64,000 nucleotides of DNA, from NCBI GenBank assembly GCA_024635585.1, contig JAGXIP010000009.1, positions 3,179-67,178 of the forward strand, given 5' to 3'. How positions within the stretch are numbered: position 1 is the stretch's first letter; each line of letters opens with the position of its first letter. Made by a program: the position numbers and the translations under genes. Origin of the DNA: Saccharicrinis sp. (lineage in GTDB: Bacteria > Bacteroidota > Bacteroidia > Bacteroidales > Marinilabiliaceae). Positions 8,368 through 18,737 of this stretch are shown here, piece after piece. A model generated the notes under the pieces. That model saw nothing but the letters and a program-made list of their open reading frames with translations. It searched no databases and was not told the origin of the DNA.

Positions 8368-10644
8368 TTATAACTTCAGCTCAAAACTTCCACTCAATCC
8401 TTTTATGGAACTGTTGCCCACCATTATATCGAATATGCCCGCTTCCAAGACAAACTTACCCTGGTTATCGTAAAAACCTAGTTCGTTTTCTGTGAGGGCA
8501 AAAGTAATCGTTTTACTTTCCTGCGGTGCTAAGCTAGATTTTTCAAATCCCTTAAGTTCCTTAACAGGACGCGCAACGCGAGCTGCCTTATCATGAATAT
8601 AAAGCTGGGTAACTTCTTCACCGGCCACTTTGCCAATGTTGCGCACAACCACCGAAATTTTAATTTCAGCAGAGTTAGCCTCATCTATTCTTAACTCGGA
8701 GTATTCAAATTCCGTATAACTCAAACCATGTCCAAAAGGAAATAAAGGGTCATTGGACTCATCCATATAATGCGACCAAAAAACATCCGGTGCCACATCG
8801 GGACGTCCTGTGCTATAATGATTATAGTAGATAGGACATTGGCCCACACTGCGCGGAAAGCTCATGGGTAACTTACCTGATGGGTTGTAATCACCAAACA
8901 GCACCTGTGCAATGGCATTTCCAGATTGAGTTCCCAGATGCCATGTTTCCAAAATGGCAGGCACATTCTCTCCTGCCCAGGGCAATGCAAGAGGACGTCC
9001 ATTCATCAATACCAGCACTATATTTTTATTAACGGCATACACCGCTTCCAACAACTCCTGCTGCACGCCAGGTAAACCGATTTCTGTGCGGCTGCGTCCT
9101 TCCCCCGACATAAAACCATGCTCTCCCAAAACCATAATCACCGTTTCCGATTGTTTGGCCAAGGCAACAGCTTCGGCGAAACCGCTTTTATCCGTATTAT
9201 TTACGTTCACTTCCAATCTAAAATCCACCTCCCCCAAAACAACATCTGCTCCTTTGGCATAAGTAACTTCGGTATATTTTTTCAATCCTTCCAAAACCGA
9301 CACGGCGGTACCATCATCAGAACCTATCCTCCAACTACCTAGCGGACTGGTTTTGTCTTGGGCTAAAGCACCTATAACAGCTATCTTTTTTCCTTTTTTC
9401 AAAGGAAGCAACTTACCTTTGGCTGTTGTTGCTTCATTTTTTAACAGTACGATAGATTTACGTGCCATATCAAGGGCGGCTTCCTGATGGTCGGCGTGAT
9501 ACAGCATTTCCTTTTCGCGTGCTTCATCGCAATACAGATAAGGGTCGTCGAACAGTCCCAACTCATATTTTACTTTGAGTATCCTTCGCACGGCATCATC
9601 TATTTTATCCTCACTTACCTTTCCTTCTTTTACCAAATCAACCAAATATTTAACATACCCATACGATTCCATATCCATATCCGATCCGGCATTAGCGGCA
9701 TACATGGCAGCTTCTTTCAGATCAGATGCAAAACCGTGTACCACCATCTCCTTAATGCTAGCCCAATCGGAAACCACAAATCCGTTGAACCCCCATTTAT
9801 CCTTTAAAATATCCCTTTGCAAAAATTCGTCACCGGTGGCCGGAATACCATTTAGGATGTTAAAAGCGTTCATCACGGTTTTTACACCGCCTTGCTCTAT
9901 CGCCGCCTTAAACGGAGGAAGAATAATATTATATAACGTAGATGTGCTCACCTCTACTGTATTGTAATCCCTGCCTGCTTCGGCAAAACCGTACGCTGCA
10001 AAGTGCTTAGCGCAGGCAGCTATGGTATTGTTGGCAGCAAGGTCATCGCCTTGGAAGCCTCTTACCCGTGCCACGCCAATTTTAGCTCCCAGATAAGGGT
10101 CTTCACCAGCCCCTTCCATCACACGACCCCATCGTGCATCGCGCGAAATATCAACCATGGGCGCAAAAGTCCAGTTGACACCCACAGATGAAGCCTCTAC
10201 AGCTGCCATCCTTGCCGATTTACGAATTGCTACCAAATCCCAACTTGCAGCTTCACCTAAAGGAATTGGGGCTAAAGTTTTATGCCCGTGAATAACATCG
10301 AGGCCAAAAATTAGAGGAATACCTAAGCGCGACTCTTCCACCACCAGTTTTTGCAGCTCGTGCACTTCTTTGGCTCCTCGCACACTTAAAACAGCACCAA
10401 CCCAGCCTTTTTTAAGATGTTCGAATTTACTTTTGTCATCGCCCTCACTTGGAGCAGGCCCCGTAGCATCGTAAAAACCATTGTACTGGTTCATTTGGCC
10501 TACCTTCTCTTCCAAGGTCATTCTGGCTAATAAGACTTCCACTTTTTGATCTATGTCGTCCTTAGTATCATTCAACTTTAAAGACTTATAACCCCCTAAA
10601 AAAATTCCGCCAACCATAATTGTTAAAATAATAATTTTTCGCAT
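8368..10644 (-). CDS. bglX: GH3 beta-glucosidase, BglX-like
   Basis: GLDVIHG, RDARWGRVMEGAGEDP, KHFAAYG, VVSDW and HGFMSGEGRSR motifs. Confidence 0.92.
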   Translation of the reverse strand: MRKIIILTIMVGGIFLGGYKSLKLNDTKDDIDQKVEVLLARMTLEEKVGQMNQYNGFYDATGPAPSEGDDKSKFEHLKKGWVGAVLSVRGAKEVHELQKLVVEESRLGIPLIFGLDVIHGHKTLAPIPLGEAASWDLVAIRKSARMAAVEASSVGVNWTFAPMVDISRDARWGRVMEGAGEDPYLGAKIGVARVRGFQGDDLAANNTIAACAKHFAAYGFAEAGRDYNTVEVSTSTLYNIILPPFKAAIEQGGVKTVMNAFNILNGIPATGDEFLQRDILKDKWGFNGFVVSDWASIKEMVVHGFASDLKEAAMYAANAGSDMDMESYGYVKYLVDLVKEGKVSEDKIDDAVRRILKVKYELGLFDDPYLYCDEAREKEMLYHADHQEAALDMARKSIVLLKNEATTAKGKLLPLKKGKKIAVIGALAQDKTSPLGSWRIGSDDGTAVSVLEGLKKYTEVTYAKGADVVLGEVDFRLEVNVNNTDKSGFAEAVALAKQSETVIMVLGEHGFMSGEGRSRTEIGLPGVQQELLEAVYAVNKNIVLVLMNGRPLALPWAGENVPAILETWHLGTQSGNAIAQVLFGDYNPSGKLPMSFPRSVGQCPIYYNHYSTGRPDVAPDVFWSHYMDESNDPLFPFGHGLSYTEFEYSELRIDEANSAEIKISVVVRNIGKVAGEEVTQLYIHDKAARVARPVKELKGFEKSSLAPQESKTITFALTENELGFYDNQGKFVLEAGIFDIMVGNSSIKGLSGSFELKL

Positions 10645-10731
10645 GCGCTTGTTATTTGTGTATTTTTAACCTAACCAACTTAGCTAGGCTCATTTTATCT
10701 ATTCGTTTACTAATCCTTTTAAACACAATTT

Positions 10732-10776
10732 AGGTGAAGTGCATCCAAATGGTTACCCAAATGCTGCACTTCACCT
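10732..10776. terminator. 12-bp inverted repeat downstream of the large GH26
   Basis: AGGTGAAGTGCA / TGCACTTCACCT with 21-nt loop. Confidence 0.5.
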
Positions 10777-10934
10777 TTTATAAATACTATCCGCACTATG
10801 CCGGACTATCTAACATTGACATTGATCTGGTACTTGTTACTTCTTAAATTTTTATCAGACATTTACACAAGGTCAAATCAAAAAAAACTCCACATTTCAG
10901 CATAACTGAAACCTACTAATTCCCGACATCATGT

Positions 10935-13900
10935 TTATTTGTTCACTACTTTTTTGGTAATCACCTTGTTCCCGGAAACCAATCTAACAACATACATTCC
11001 TTTTAACCTATTACTTATATCTTCCGTATGGCACTTCTCATTAATCTTTTTATTTAAAATTAATGAACCCGAAAGACTAAATAAATTTAATTGGTAATCT
11101 ACAGCATTTTCAACAGATAACACTCCGTTATTGATCCAAACCTGTATCTCCGATTGTTCGGCTAAACTTGTGCTCATCATTTCCAAAGTTGAATTCTTAA
11201 GAGATTCACCATTAGTTAAAACTACATCATCCACAAAGCCAACTCCCTGAGTCCGATTCGTAATAAATACCTGCAACCATGTAGTATTTGCAGGAATCAC
11301 TATCTCAGCATTTAATTGCTCGTAAGTGGTTCCTGTAAACGACAATGTTTGAATAGTTGTACTACCATTTTTAATAGCCACATCAACTCGGTTTCCTGCA
11401 GATAAGACTTTTCCCCAGGCACTAAAAGAATAGGTTTCTCCCACTTCGTATCCTAGCACATTTTGTTGTACCCATGACCAACTGGTGGAACCAACACGTA
11501 AAGCTTTGCTTCCGCTTTGCACCTCATTGGTTACTACCACAACGTCTCCTTTAGTTACAGTCCACGATTGCAAACTGCTTTCAAATCCGGGATTAAGAAT
11601 TAGGTTTTGCGATGGCGTACCTCCACCTCCTGAAGGTGATGTAACGGTTATTAAGCTGGTTGCCTTTTTGCTGCCGTCTTGAGTAGTAACAGTAACGGTA
11701 GCTGATCCAGCAGACAGGGCACTAACAAGACCATTGCTGCTAACGGTTGCCACTGCTGAATTACTTGAAGTCCAAGAAATATTTTTATTGGTGGCATTCG
11801 ATGGGGAAACTGCAGCCGACAATTGAGAAGTTTCGCCTTGTAATAATGCTACAGAAGAGAAACTAACAGACACCCCAGAAACAGGCACATCAGCCGCACC
11901 TTCGTACAAAGCAATATCGTCTACAAAACCACTTCCACTGCTTCCGTTTGTAACAAAAACCTGCACCCAAGTACTATTCAACGGAATTACGATTTCTGCA
12001 CTCAATTGCACGTAACTGGTACTGGTAAATGACAGTGTTTTAATGGTAGCACTTCCGTTTTTGATGGCAACATCTACTTTGTTGCCATTAGATGCAGCTT
12101 TTCCCCATGCGCTAAATGTATAGGTGCTGCCGGCTTTATACCCCTGCAGGTTTTGCTGTACCCACGACCAACTGGTGGAACCGATGCGCAAAGCTTTACT
12201 TCCACTATGCATGTCGGTGGTTGCAGCCACAGCATCTCCTTTGGATACAGTCCACGATTGCAAACTGCTTTCAAATCCCGGATTAAGAATCAGGTTTTGT
12301 GATGGAGTACCTCCACCTCCAGAAGAACTTGGTGTTATGGTTATTGAGCAAGTAGCCTTTTTGTTTCCATCCACAGTAGTTACTGTAATAATCGCACTTC
12401 CTTCGCCCACTGCACTAACAAGACCATTGCTAACGGTGGCAATTGAACTATTGCTGGTACTCCAACTCACTGCTTTATTGGTAGCATTGGTGGGACTCAC
12501 TGTTGCAGTCAACTGTTTTGTGCTATTGTTTACAATAGAAGCAGATGATGATGAAAGACTAACGCCTGTTACTGGAACATTGGTATTTTCTACATTGTAG
12601 ACATCCAGACGGTCAGCAACGATGGTATTGCCGGTTGAAGCGCTATTTTTTTGTCCGCTTACGGATACCCTGATGGTATGTTGCTCTTGTGTTAATACGG
12701 GACTTGTCCAAACAAGCTGCTCATTCTGGCGAACAGAGGCATAAAAATCCACTGATACAGCCGATCCCCCATTCAGAGATACATTGGCAATACCATGATG
12801 AGAAGCTAATGCGCCATACATTTTAACCTGGGTTCCAAAAAATGTATACTCCCAGTAAGAGCCCGTTACACTTGAATAGTGGTCATCATCCAGATACTTA
12901 CCAGTACCCGAAGATATACTCCAGCCACTAGAAAAAGTAAACTGGGTATCGTTGATTGATGTAACAGGATCCGATGACGTGGTTACAACATTTATAAGTG
13001 ATGACTTAGATGATACATTCCCTGCGGCATCGTAGGCACTCACACCAATAGAATAGGATGTATTTGGCAATAATCCTGTAACGGTTGTTGATGCAGAGGA
13101 TGATGTTTTCTTTTCTACCCCATTTACAAAAACCTTATAGCCGGCAACACCTACATTGTCAGAAGAGGCGTTCCATGCGAGCCCTACAAGGCTGGATTCC
13201 ACGCTTGTGGATCGTAGGCTTGTGGGTGTGGAAGGAGGGGTATTATCCACTACACCTGAAGAAGGTATATACACATCTTCCTGATTGATGGCATTTTTAT
13301 GGTTGTAAATAGCGGCCAGTGCAGCTTTTTTCACTGGATCGTTGAGTCTGGTGTCGATCCATTCTCCGTCCCATAGCATGAACCATCTGTATTCAGGACG
13401 GTTTTGCATCATCCAATCTACGCTTGGAAGAACCATATTTACATTGTAACCCTCTCCAATGGCCAAAGGTTTGCCTTGTGCTTTGGTTACCAGGTAATCG
13501 TAATCACCCTGGCTAAGGAAACCAGACTGATTCCAATAGTAATCGTCAATTCCCAACATATCAACATACGCAAGACCTGGGAACCATGGATCGGGCACCC
13601 TGTCGTTGTTCCAGCTGGTAAAATGATTGGGGCACCAGAACCAAATCAGGTTGTTAAGTCCATGGGTTTTAACCATGTAATTATAGGTATTGATCCACAA
13701 TGTCTTAAAATGCGTACGAGCAGCATCTCCTCCACCCCACCAAAACAGTCCGTTCATTTCGTGGTAGGGCCGCCAAACAACGGCGTATCCTTCATTCTGA
13801 AGTTCTTTCAGAAATGGGATAATCCTGTCCATGTTTCTTTTCCAATTGTTGTAAAGGGTGGTACCAGGAGTAACCAGCTGTTGGTATTCGTCCATGGTTA

Positions 13901-14399
13901 ACCTGGCTTGTTGAACATTGCTCCAACCATCATTCTCCTCTAGCTTAGGAGTCACCATGTGATAGGTTAAGGTGATTATGGAACCTGCGTCGGCTTGGGC
14001 TTTGGCAACCTGGATCATTCTTTGGCGAGCGTCCTGCAATTGCGCGATGGAATAATTGGGATCGGTGAAAGAAAAATCACTTCCCCACAAACCAGGGTAA
14101 TGGCCAAGATTGTTTTTAACCGAATTGGTAGCCCTTATGGCTAAATCATTTAAACTCCATGTTCTTGAGTAGTTATGTTGTCCCGTCATCAAACCCTGAG
14201 TCTTCAGGTTATAGATGTAACGATAAACATCTTTCGCCTTCTGGGTGGCGTTGGGATTAACTAGCTCCGGAGCTTGAGCGTGAGCCTGAAACATGAATAG
14301 CAACAAGCCCATGATCAGCGTCAATCGCAAAGTAAGATACATTCTTTTCATTTTGTAGATTTTTTTACTGTTTACAATAATTATTAAACTACACACCAA
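10935..14399 (-). CDS. Multimodular GH26 beta-mannanase: GH26-Fn3-beta-sandwich-(Big_2-CBM4/9/16-like)x2-T9SS CTD; likely start 14351
   Basis: WRPYHEMNG acid/base, LAIGEG nucleophile, WFMLW; DNTPPSTP Fn3; two VPVxGVS...NLILNPGFE repeats; KGMYVVRL...KKVVNK CTD. Confidence 0.9.
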   Translation of the reverse strand: MVCSLIIIVNSKKIYKMKRMYLTLRLTLIMGLLLFMFQAHAQAPELVNPNATQKAKDVYRYIYNLKTQGLMTGQHNYSRTWSLNDLAIRATNSVKNNLGHYPGLWGSDFSFTDPNYSIAQLQDARQRMIQVAKAQADAGSIITLTYHMVTPKLEENDGWSNVQQARLTMDEYQQLVTPGTTLYNNWKRNMDRIIPFLKELQNEGYAVVWRPYHEMNGLFWWGGGDAARTHFKTLWINTYNYMVKTHGLNNLIWFWCPNHFTSWNNDRVPDPWFPGLAYVDMLGIDDYYWNQSGFLSQGDYDYLVTKAQGKPLAIGEGYNVNMVLPSVDWMMQNRPEYRWFMLWDGEWIDTRLNDPVKKAALAAIYNHKNAINQEDVYIPSSGVVDNTPPSTPTSLRSTSVESSLVGLAWNASSDNVGVAGYKVFVNGVEKKTSSSASTTVTGLLPNTSYSIGVSAYDAAGNVSSKSSLINVVTTSSDPVTSINDTQFTFSSGWSISSGTGKYLDDDHYSSVTGSYWEYTFFGTQVKMYGALASHHGIANVSLNGGSAVSVDFYASVRQNEQLVWTSPVLTQEQHTIRVSVSGQKNSASTGNTIVADRLDVYNVENTNVPVTGVSLSSSSASIVNNSTKQLTATVSPTNATNKAVSWSTSNSSIATVSNGLVSAVGEGSAIITVTTVDGNKKATCSITITPSSSGGGGTPSQNLILNPGFESSLQSWTVSKGDAVAATTDMHSGSKALRIGSTSWSWVQQNLQGYKAGSTYTFSAWGKAASNGNKVDVAIKNGSATIKTLSFTSTSYVQLSAEIVIPLNSTWVQVFVTNGSSGSGFVDDIALYEGAADVPVSGVSVSFSSVALLQGETSQLSAAVSPSNATNKNISWTSSNSAVATVSSNGLVSALSAGSATVTVTTQDGSKKATSLITVTSPSGGGGTPSQNLILNPGFESSLQSWTVTKGDVVVVTNEVQSGSKALRVGSTSWSWVQQNVLGYEVGETYSFSAWGKVLSAGNRVDVAIKNGSTTIQTLSFTGTTYEQLNAEIVIPANTTWLQVFITNRTQGVGFVDDVVLTNGESLKNSTLEMMSTSLAEQSEIQVWINNGVLSVENAVDYQLNLFSLSGSLILNKKINEKCHTEDISNRLKGMYVVRLVSGNKVITKKVVNK
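11205..12585 (-). repeat. Intragenic tandem repeat, ~690-bp period (Big_2 + CBM module x2)
   Basis: CACGATTGCAAACTGCTTTCAAATCC recurs at ~11563 and ~12253; protein repeat GGGGTPSQNLILNPGFESSLQSWTV. Confidence 0.85.
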
Positions 14400-14552
14400 G
14401 TTTGATATGAATACCTCTTACACATATAAATTCAACTCATAGACCATTTTGATGATATCAATCCCATACTAAAGCTATATATTGTATTGATTGCACAAGT
14501 AAGAATAAAGTAGACCAACACTTTGCCCTCACATAAAGGGCAAAGTGAGATC
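14366..14552 (-). repeat. Conserved upstream block of the large GH26 (copy 1), with hairpin 14519-14547
   Basis: Shares GAGTTTGATATGAATACC-like, TTGATTGCxCAAGTxAGAATAA and CACTTTGC...GCAAAGTGAGATC segments with 16825-17007. Confidence 0.75.
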
Positions 14553-14718
14553 GCACATTTTGATACATGTGTTCTTGTAGGTATTATTCAAAATCAATTG
14601 ATGTTAAATTAGGTCAAACCGCCAAAACAAATGGGCGTTATGACTAGAACCCAAATTTTAGAAAGATGATGGGTTGGCTCTATCGCACTAAATCCAAAAT
14701 GGATTAATCTTCCAACCT

Positions 14719-16815
14719 TTAATTAATAATCTTTGAGGAATATAATTTACCCTTGCGAACAACATAAACGATGTACATTCCCTTAGGAAGGTTAGATATA
14801 TTAAGGACTTCGGAATTACTTTTTAAAATGACATTTAAAACACTTGATCCAGTTAAATTTAAAAGAGATAACTTGCCATCGGCAGCATTGGTAATATGAA
14901 GAGAATTATTACCCCAGGCTTTAACACTCAAAATTTCATTATCTGAAAGAGAAGTTGAAACACTCTTGGTCAACACAAAATTATCTGCGTAAGCAAAATT
15001 ATCACCCTGCACATTTTCAATAAATACTTCCACGGAAGTATTGGCTGCACCCATTGTAAAGTCAATGGATAAGGGTGTCCATTCATCCTGAACCAAACTT
15101 GCAGTTCCTGTTGCATCAAACACATGAGCCTCAGCTAATTCGTCGCCACCATAATTGCGCACGCCGGCACGTACTTCTTCAACAGTAGTGCTTGTATTAT
15201 TTCTTAGCACACCCGTCAATTGATAATTAGCGCCAGCCGTTAACCCATTAACAACCTGTATTCCACCAAATAAATCATCAACTTTATAAGCAAAGTGATT
15301 GGCTCCGGAATAAGGAAAAAAACTGTATGTCCTTAATTGATTTGCATCCCCACTCCAGCCGGTCAATCCATCTTCAAAATCGCCATTAACCAATAAATTG
15401 GTACCGTCTCCTGGCTCGGGATCTGGATCCGTTCCAGCTTCTAGCGTTGTAACCACTAAAGGCGTGCTTTCAACAGATCGGTTCATATAATGGTCTCTGC
15501 CCTTTACAGTAATAGAATATTCAGTTTGTGGATTTAATCCAGTGATTGTGGTGCTATTATTAAAGATGAATTTACTAAAATCACCATCCACAAAAACCTC
15601 ATATCCAGAAACACCGTTATCATCGGTAGATGTATTCCATTGCAATTTAACTTGGCTGGATTCCACACTAGTGGTTTGCAGATTTACAGGAATAGAAGGA
15701 GGAGTTAGATCCTCTACATTTGCAGGCGGAATATACACAACATCCTGATTGATTGCATTTCCATGATTGTAAATTTGGGACAATGCTGCTTTTTTTTCCG
15801 AGTCGTTCAACCTATCGTCAATCCATTCGCCATCCCATAACATGAACCATCGGTATTCGGGACGGTGTTCCTTCATCCATTCCACACTTGGAATCTCCAT
15901 GTTGACATTGAAACCTTCGCCAATGGCCAATGGTTTACCTTCAGCTTTATTAACCAGGTAATCGTAATCACCTTGACTAAGGAAACCAGGCTGATTCCAA
16001 AAATAATCATCTATACCTAATACGTCAACATACTGAAGACCCGGGAACCATGGATCGGGAACCCTATCGTTGTTCCAACTAGTAAAATGATTTGGACTCC
16101 AAAACCATATCAAATTGTTTAAGCCATTATCGTTAACCATATAATTATAGGTATTGATCCATAATTGCGTAAAATGAGTCTTTGCGGCATCTCCTCCGCC
16201 CCACCAGAACAGTCCGTTCATTTCGTGAAAAGGGCGCCAAACAACGGCATAATTTTCATCCTGCAACTCTTGCAGAAAAGGGATAATCCTATCTAAATTT
16301 CTTTTCCAATTATTATAAAGGGTTGTACCAGGCGTAACTAAATCCTCGTATTCGCTCATGGTCAACCTAGCTTGTTGAACATTGCTCCAGCCCTGATTCT
16401 CTTCAAGTTTAGGAGTCACCATGTGATAAGTTAAGGTAATAATAGAACCTGCATCGGCTTGTGCTTTGGCCACGTCAATCATTCTTTGTCGGGTATCCTG
16501 CAATTGCGCAATGGTATATCCAGGATCTGTATAAGAAAAGTCGCTTCCCCATAAACCCGGGTAATGTCCAATAATGGTATTAACAGAGTTAGTAGCACGA
16601 ATTCCTGTATTACTTCCATTCCAAGTTTTGGCGTAATTGTGTTGCCCTGTCATCAAACCTTGATACTTTAGGTTATAGATGTACCTGTATACATCTTTTG
16701 CCTTTTGTGTAGCATTGGGATTAACTAGCTCTGGCGCCTGAGCGCGAGCCTGAAATATGAATAGAGACAGTACCATGATGAGCGTTAATCGCGAAACAGG
16801 ATGTATATTAATCAT
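14719..16815 (-). CDS. GH26 beta-mannanase: GH26-Fn3-CBM(4/9/16-like)-T9SS CTD
   Basis: WRPFHEMNG, LAIGEG; catalytic domain closely paralogous to 10935-14399; NLLVNGDFEDG module; KGMYIV...SKIIN CTD. Confidence 0.9.
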   Translation of the reverse strand: MINIHPVSRLTLIMVLSLFIFQARAQAPELVNPNATQKAKDVYRYIYNLKYQGLMTGQHNYAKTWNGSNTGIRATNSVNTIIGHYPGLWGSDFSYTDPGYTIAQLQDTRQRMIDVAKAQADAGSIITLTYHMVTPKLEENQGWSNVQQARLTMSEYEDLVTPGTTLYNNWKRNLDRIIPFLQELQDENYAVVWRPFHEMNGLFWWGGGDAAKTHFTQLWINTYNYMVNDNGLNNLIWFWSPNHFTSWNNDRVPDPWFPGLQYVDVLGIDDYFWNQPGFLSQGDYDYLVNKAEGKPLAIGEGFNVNMEIPSVEWMKEHRPEYRWFMLWDGEWIDDRLNDSEKKAALSQIYNHGNAINQDVVYIPPANVEDLTPPSIPVNLQTTSVESSQVKLQWNTSTDDNGVSGYEVFVDGDFSKFIFNNSTTITGLNPQTEYSITVKGRDHYMNRSVESTPLVVTTLEAGTDPDPEPGDGTNLLVNGDFEDGLTGWSGDANQLRTYSFFPYSGANHFAYKVDDLFGGIQVVNGLTAGANYQLTGVLRNNTSTTVEEVRAGVRNYGGDELAEAHVFDATGTASLVQDEWTPLSIDFTMGAANTSVEVFIENVQGDNFAYADNFVLTKSVSTSLSDNEILSVKAWGNNSLHITNAADGKLSLLNLTGSSVLNVILKSNSEVLNISNLPKGMYIVYVVRKGKLYSSKIIN

Positions 16816-16824
16816 TTATAGAAA

Positions 16825-17007
16825 TTTTTGACTGTTTATAAATATGCATTAAACTCCTTTATGAGTTTGATATGAATACCCTTTGAGTACTCTGTGGTAA
16901 ACTATACATAGACTTCTTTTTATGAAATACGGATATTATGTTGATTGCGCAAGTCAGAATAAGTTCGATCAACACTTTGCCCCTTTAAGCTGGAGCAAAG
17001 TGAGATC
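16825..17007 (-). repeat. Conserved upstream block of the second GH26 (copy 2)
   Basis: See 14366-14552; stem CACTTTGC/GCAAAGTG conserved, loop diverged. Confidence 0.75.
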
Positions 17008-17067
17008 TTAAAATATAGTAGCTAAATCCTATCGGACTGAATCCTTATCGGATAAATCGGCTAATCT

Positions 17068-17832
17068 TTAATTGATGATTTTTGCGGAATACATTTTGCC
17101 TTTTTGTAAAACACAAACAATGTACATTCCTTTAGGAAGGCTAGATAAATTAATGACTTCGGAATTACTTTGCACAATAGTGTTGAGGTTGCTCGAACCT
17201 GCAAGATTTAATATAGAAAGTTGTCCTCCGGCCGCATTCTTGATATTAAGAGAACCATTGTTAACCCATGCTACAACACTCAATATCTTGTTGTCTGCGA
17301 GCGAAGTTGAAACACTCTTCGTTAAAATAAAATTATCTGCATATGCAAAATTATCACCCTGCACATTTTCAATAAATACTTCCACAGAAGTATTGGCTGC
17401 CCCCATTGTAAAGTCAATGGAGAAAGGTGTCCATTCATCCTGAACCAAACTTGCGGTTCCAGTTGCATCAAACACATGATTTTCAGCTAATTCATCGCCA
17501 CCATAATTGCGCACACCAGCTCGAACTTCTTCAATAGTAGTACTTGTATTGTTTCTTAGCACACCCGACAATTGATAATTAGCACCAGCCGTTAACCCAT
17601 TAACAACCTGTGTTCCACCAAATAAATCATCTACTTTATATGCAAAGTGTTTGAGACCAGAATAAGGAAAAAAATCGTACGTTCTTATTTGAGCTGCATC
17701 CCCAGTCCAACCGGTCAATCCATCTTCAAAATCGCCATTCACGAGCAAATTAACAGATCCATCCTGTGCAGAAACATGATTTGCCAACATTATTGTGAAG
17801 GCAATTAAAATAATGGTAAATCTTCTTTTCAT
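17068..17832 (-). CDS. Non-catalytic signal peptide-CBM-T9SS CTD protein
   Basis: NLLVNGDFEDGLTGW...FAYADNF module almost identical to the CBM of 14719-16815; no catalytic domain. Confidence 0.85.
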   Translation of the reverse strand: MKRRFTIILIAFTIMLANHVSAQDGSVNLLVNGDFEDGLTGWTGDAAQIRTYDFFPYSGLKHFAYKVDDLFGGTQVVNGLTAGANYQLSGVLRNNTSTTIEEVRAGVRNYGGDELAENHVFDATGTASLVQDEWTPFSIDFTMGAANTSVEVFIENVQGDNFAYADNFILTKSVSTSLADNKILSVVAWVNNGSLNIKNAAGGQLSILNLAGSSNLNTIVQSNSEVINLSSLPKGMYIVCVLQKGKMYSAKIIN

Positions 17833-17961
17833 AACATAAAATTTTAAAAGTTAGAAATTATAATTACTGACTTTAAGTTTACTAAGCTCTTGTGAGCAAA
17901 ACATACTATGCATCATCCCTCTAGAATTAAGAAAAAGAGATCGTATCAAAATCCCATGAAT

Positions 17962-18522
17962 TGTTGCAAATAGTAAATTATTGTAGTCAAACTTTAAAGC
18001 AAGTGCAAGATATTATTCGACAGGCATTGTGTTACTTGTCATTTAAACCAAAATTCCATGTCAAACCATTCAAGTGCTAAAAAGCCATATAGAATGTAGG
18101 CTACAATGGGTATTTTTTTCTCTTACAATCACAATAGTTCACAATTTAAAACCAGAAAACCCTTTTGAGTAGATGCAAACTACAACCGATGAGCACCTAA
18201 AAGCAAAAAAACGCCTGAGGTGATTACCCCGACGTTTTTTATTAAAATAATTCGATAAATCAATTGCAGATAAAATTGATTATTAATCCGCTTCAATGTA
18301 AAAAACATGGTCGCGATAAGTGCAGACATCTGGATAACCATTGGTTCCAGGCATTAAACTGGTCCGTTCCTTGAAGTCTGATGATAAAAAAGCACTCTTC
18401 ACAGCAAGTTCATTTGCGGAATCGTTAAGCAATTTGGAGGGATCAAATGATACCGGTGGAAACTTACCATTCCCTTCGCGCCGAATACCATGACCTCCGG
18501 CATAACAACCGACCGACCAATT
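17962..18522. repeat. 561-bp direct repeat, copy 1
   Basis: Aligns by eye without net indel to 20716-21276 (offset 2754), roughly 90% identical by inspection. Confidence 0.92.
18205..18240. terminator. Bidirectional intrinsic terminator inside the repeat (second copy ~20959-20994)
   Basis: AAAAAAACG...CGTTTTTT stem flanked by A and T runs after the stop at 18283. Confidence 0.65.
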
Positions 18523-18650
18523 GACACGTGTAAAACTGCGTTTATTGCCTATTGCTTCAATCATTCTCAAAAAAGCATACCTATTTAAAAACTTGGTTTT
18601 CGGGCACAATGAATTGCAAAAATCGACCTTTTAGCAAAGTGTGATCTGGA
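18283..18650 (-). pseudogene. Truncated, frameshifted paralogue of the 346-aa lipoprotein (3' part only)
   Basis: ORF 18283-18609 matches the C-terminus of 21037-22077; an upstream frame gives PDHTLLKGRFLQFIVPE vs PDHPDLKGKFLQYIVPE; no 5' half. Confidence 0.85.
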
Positions 18651-18737
18651 GGTTCTTGCACGAAATTGGTTCTTTTTCCTTTCGTGTATAAAGGGGGGAG
18701 CCGCCAATTTTAAGCTGTGTATCCTGTCAAATACTTT

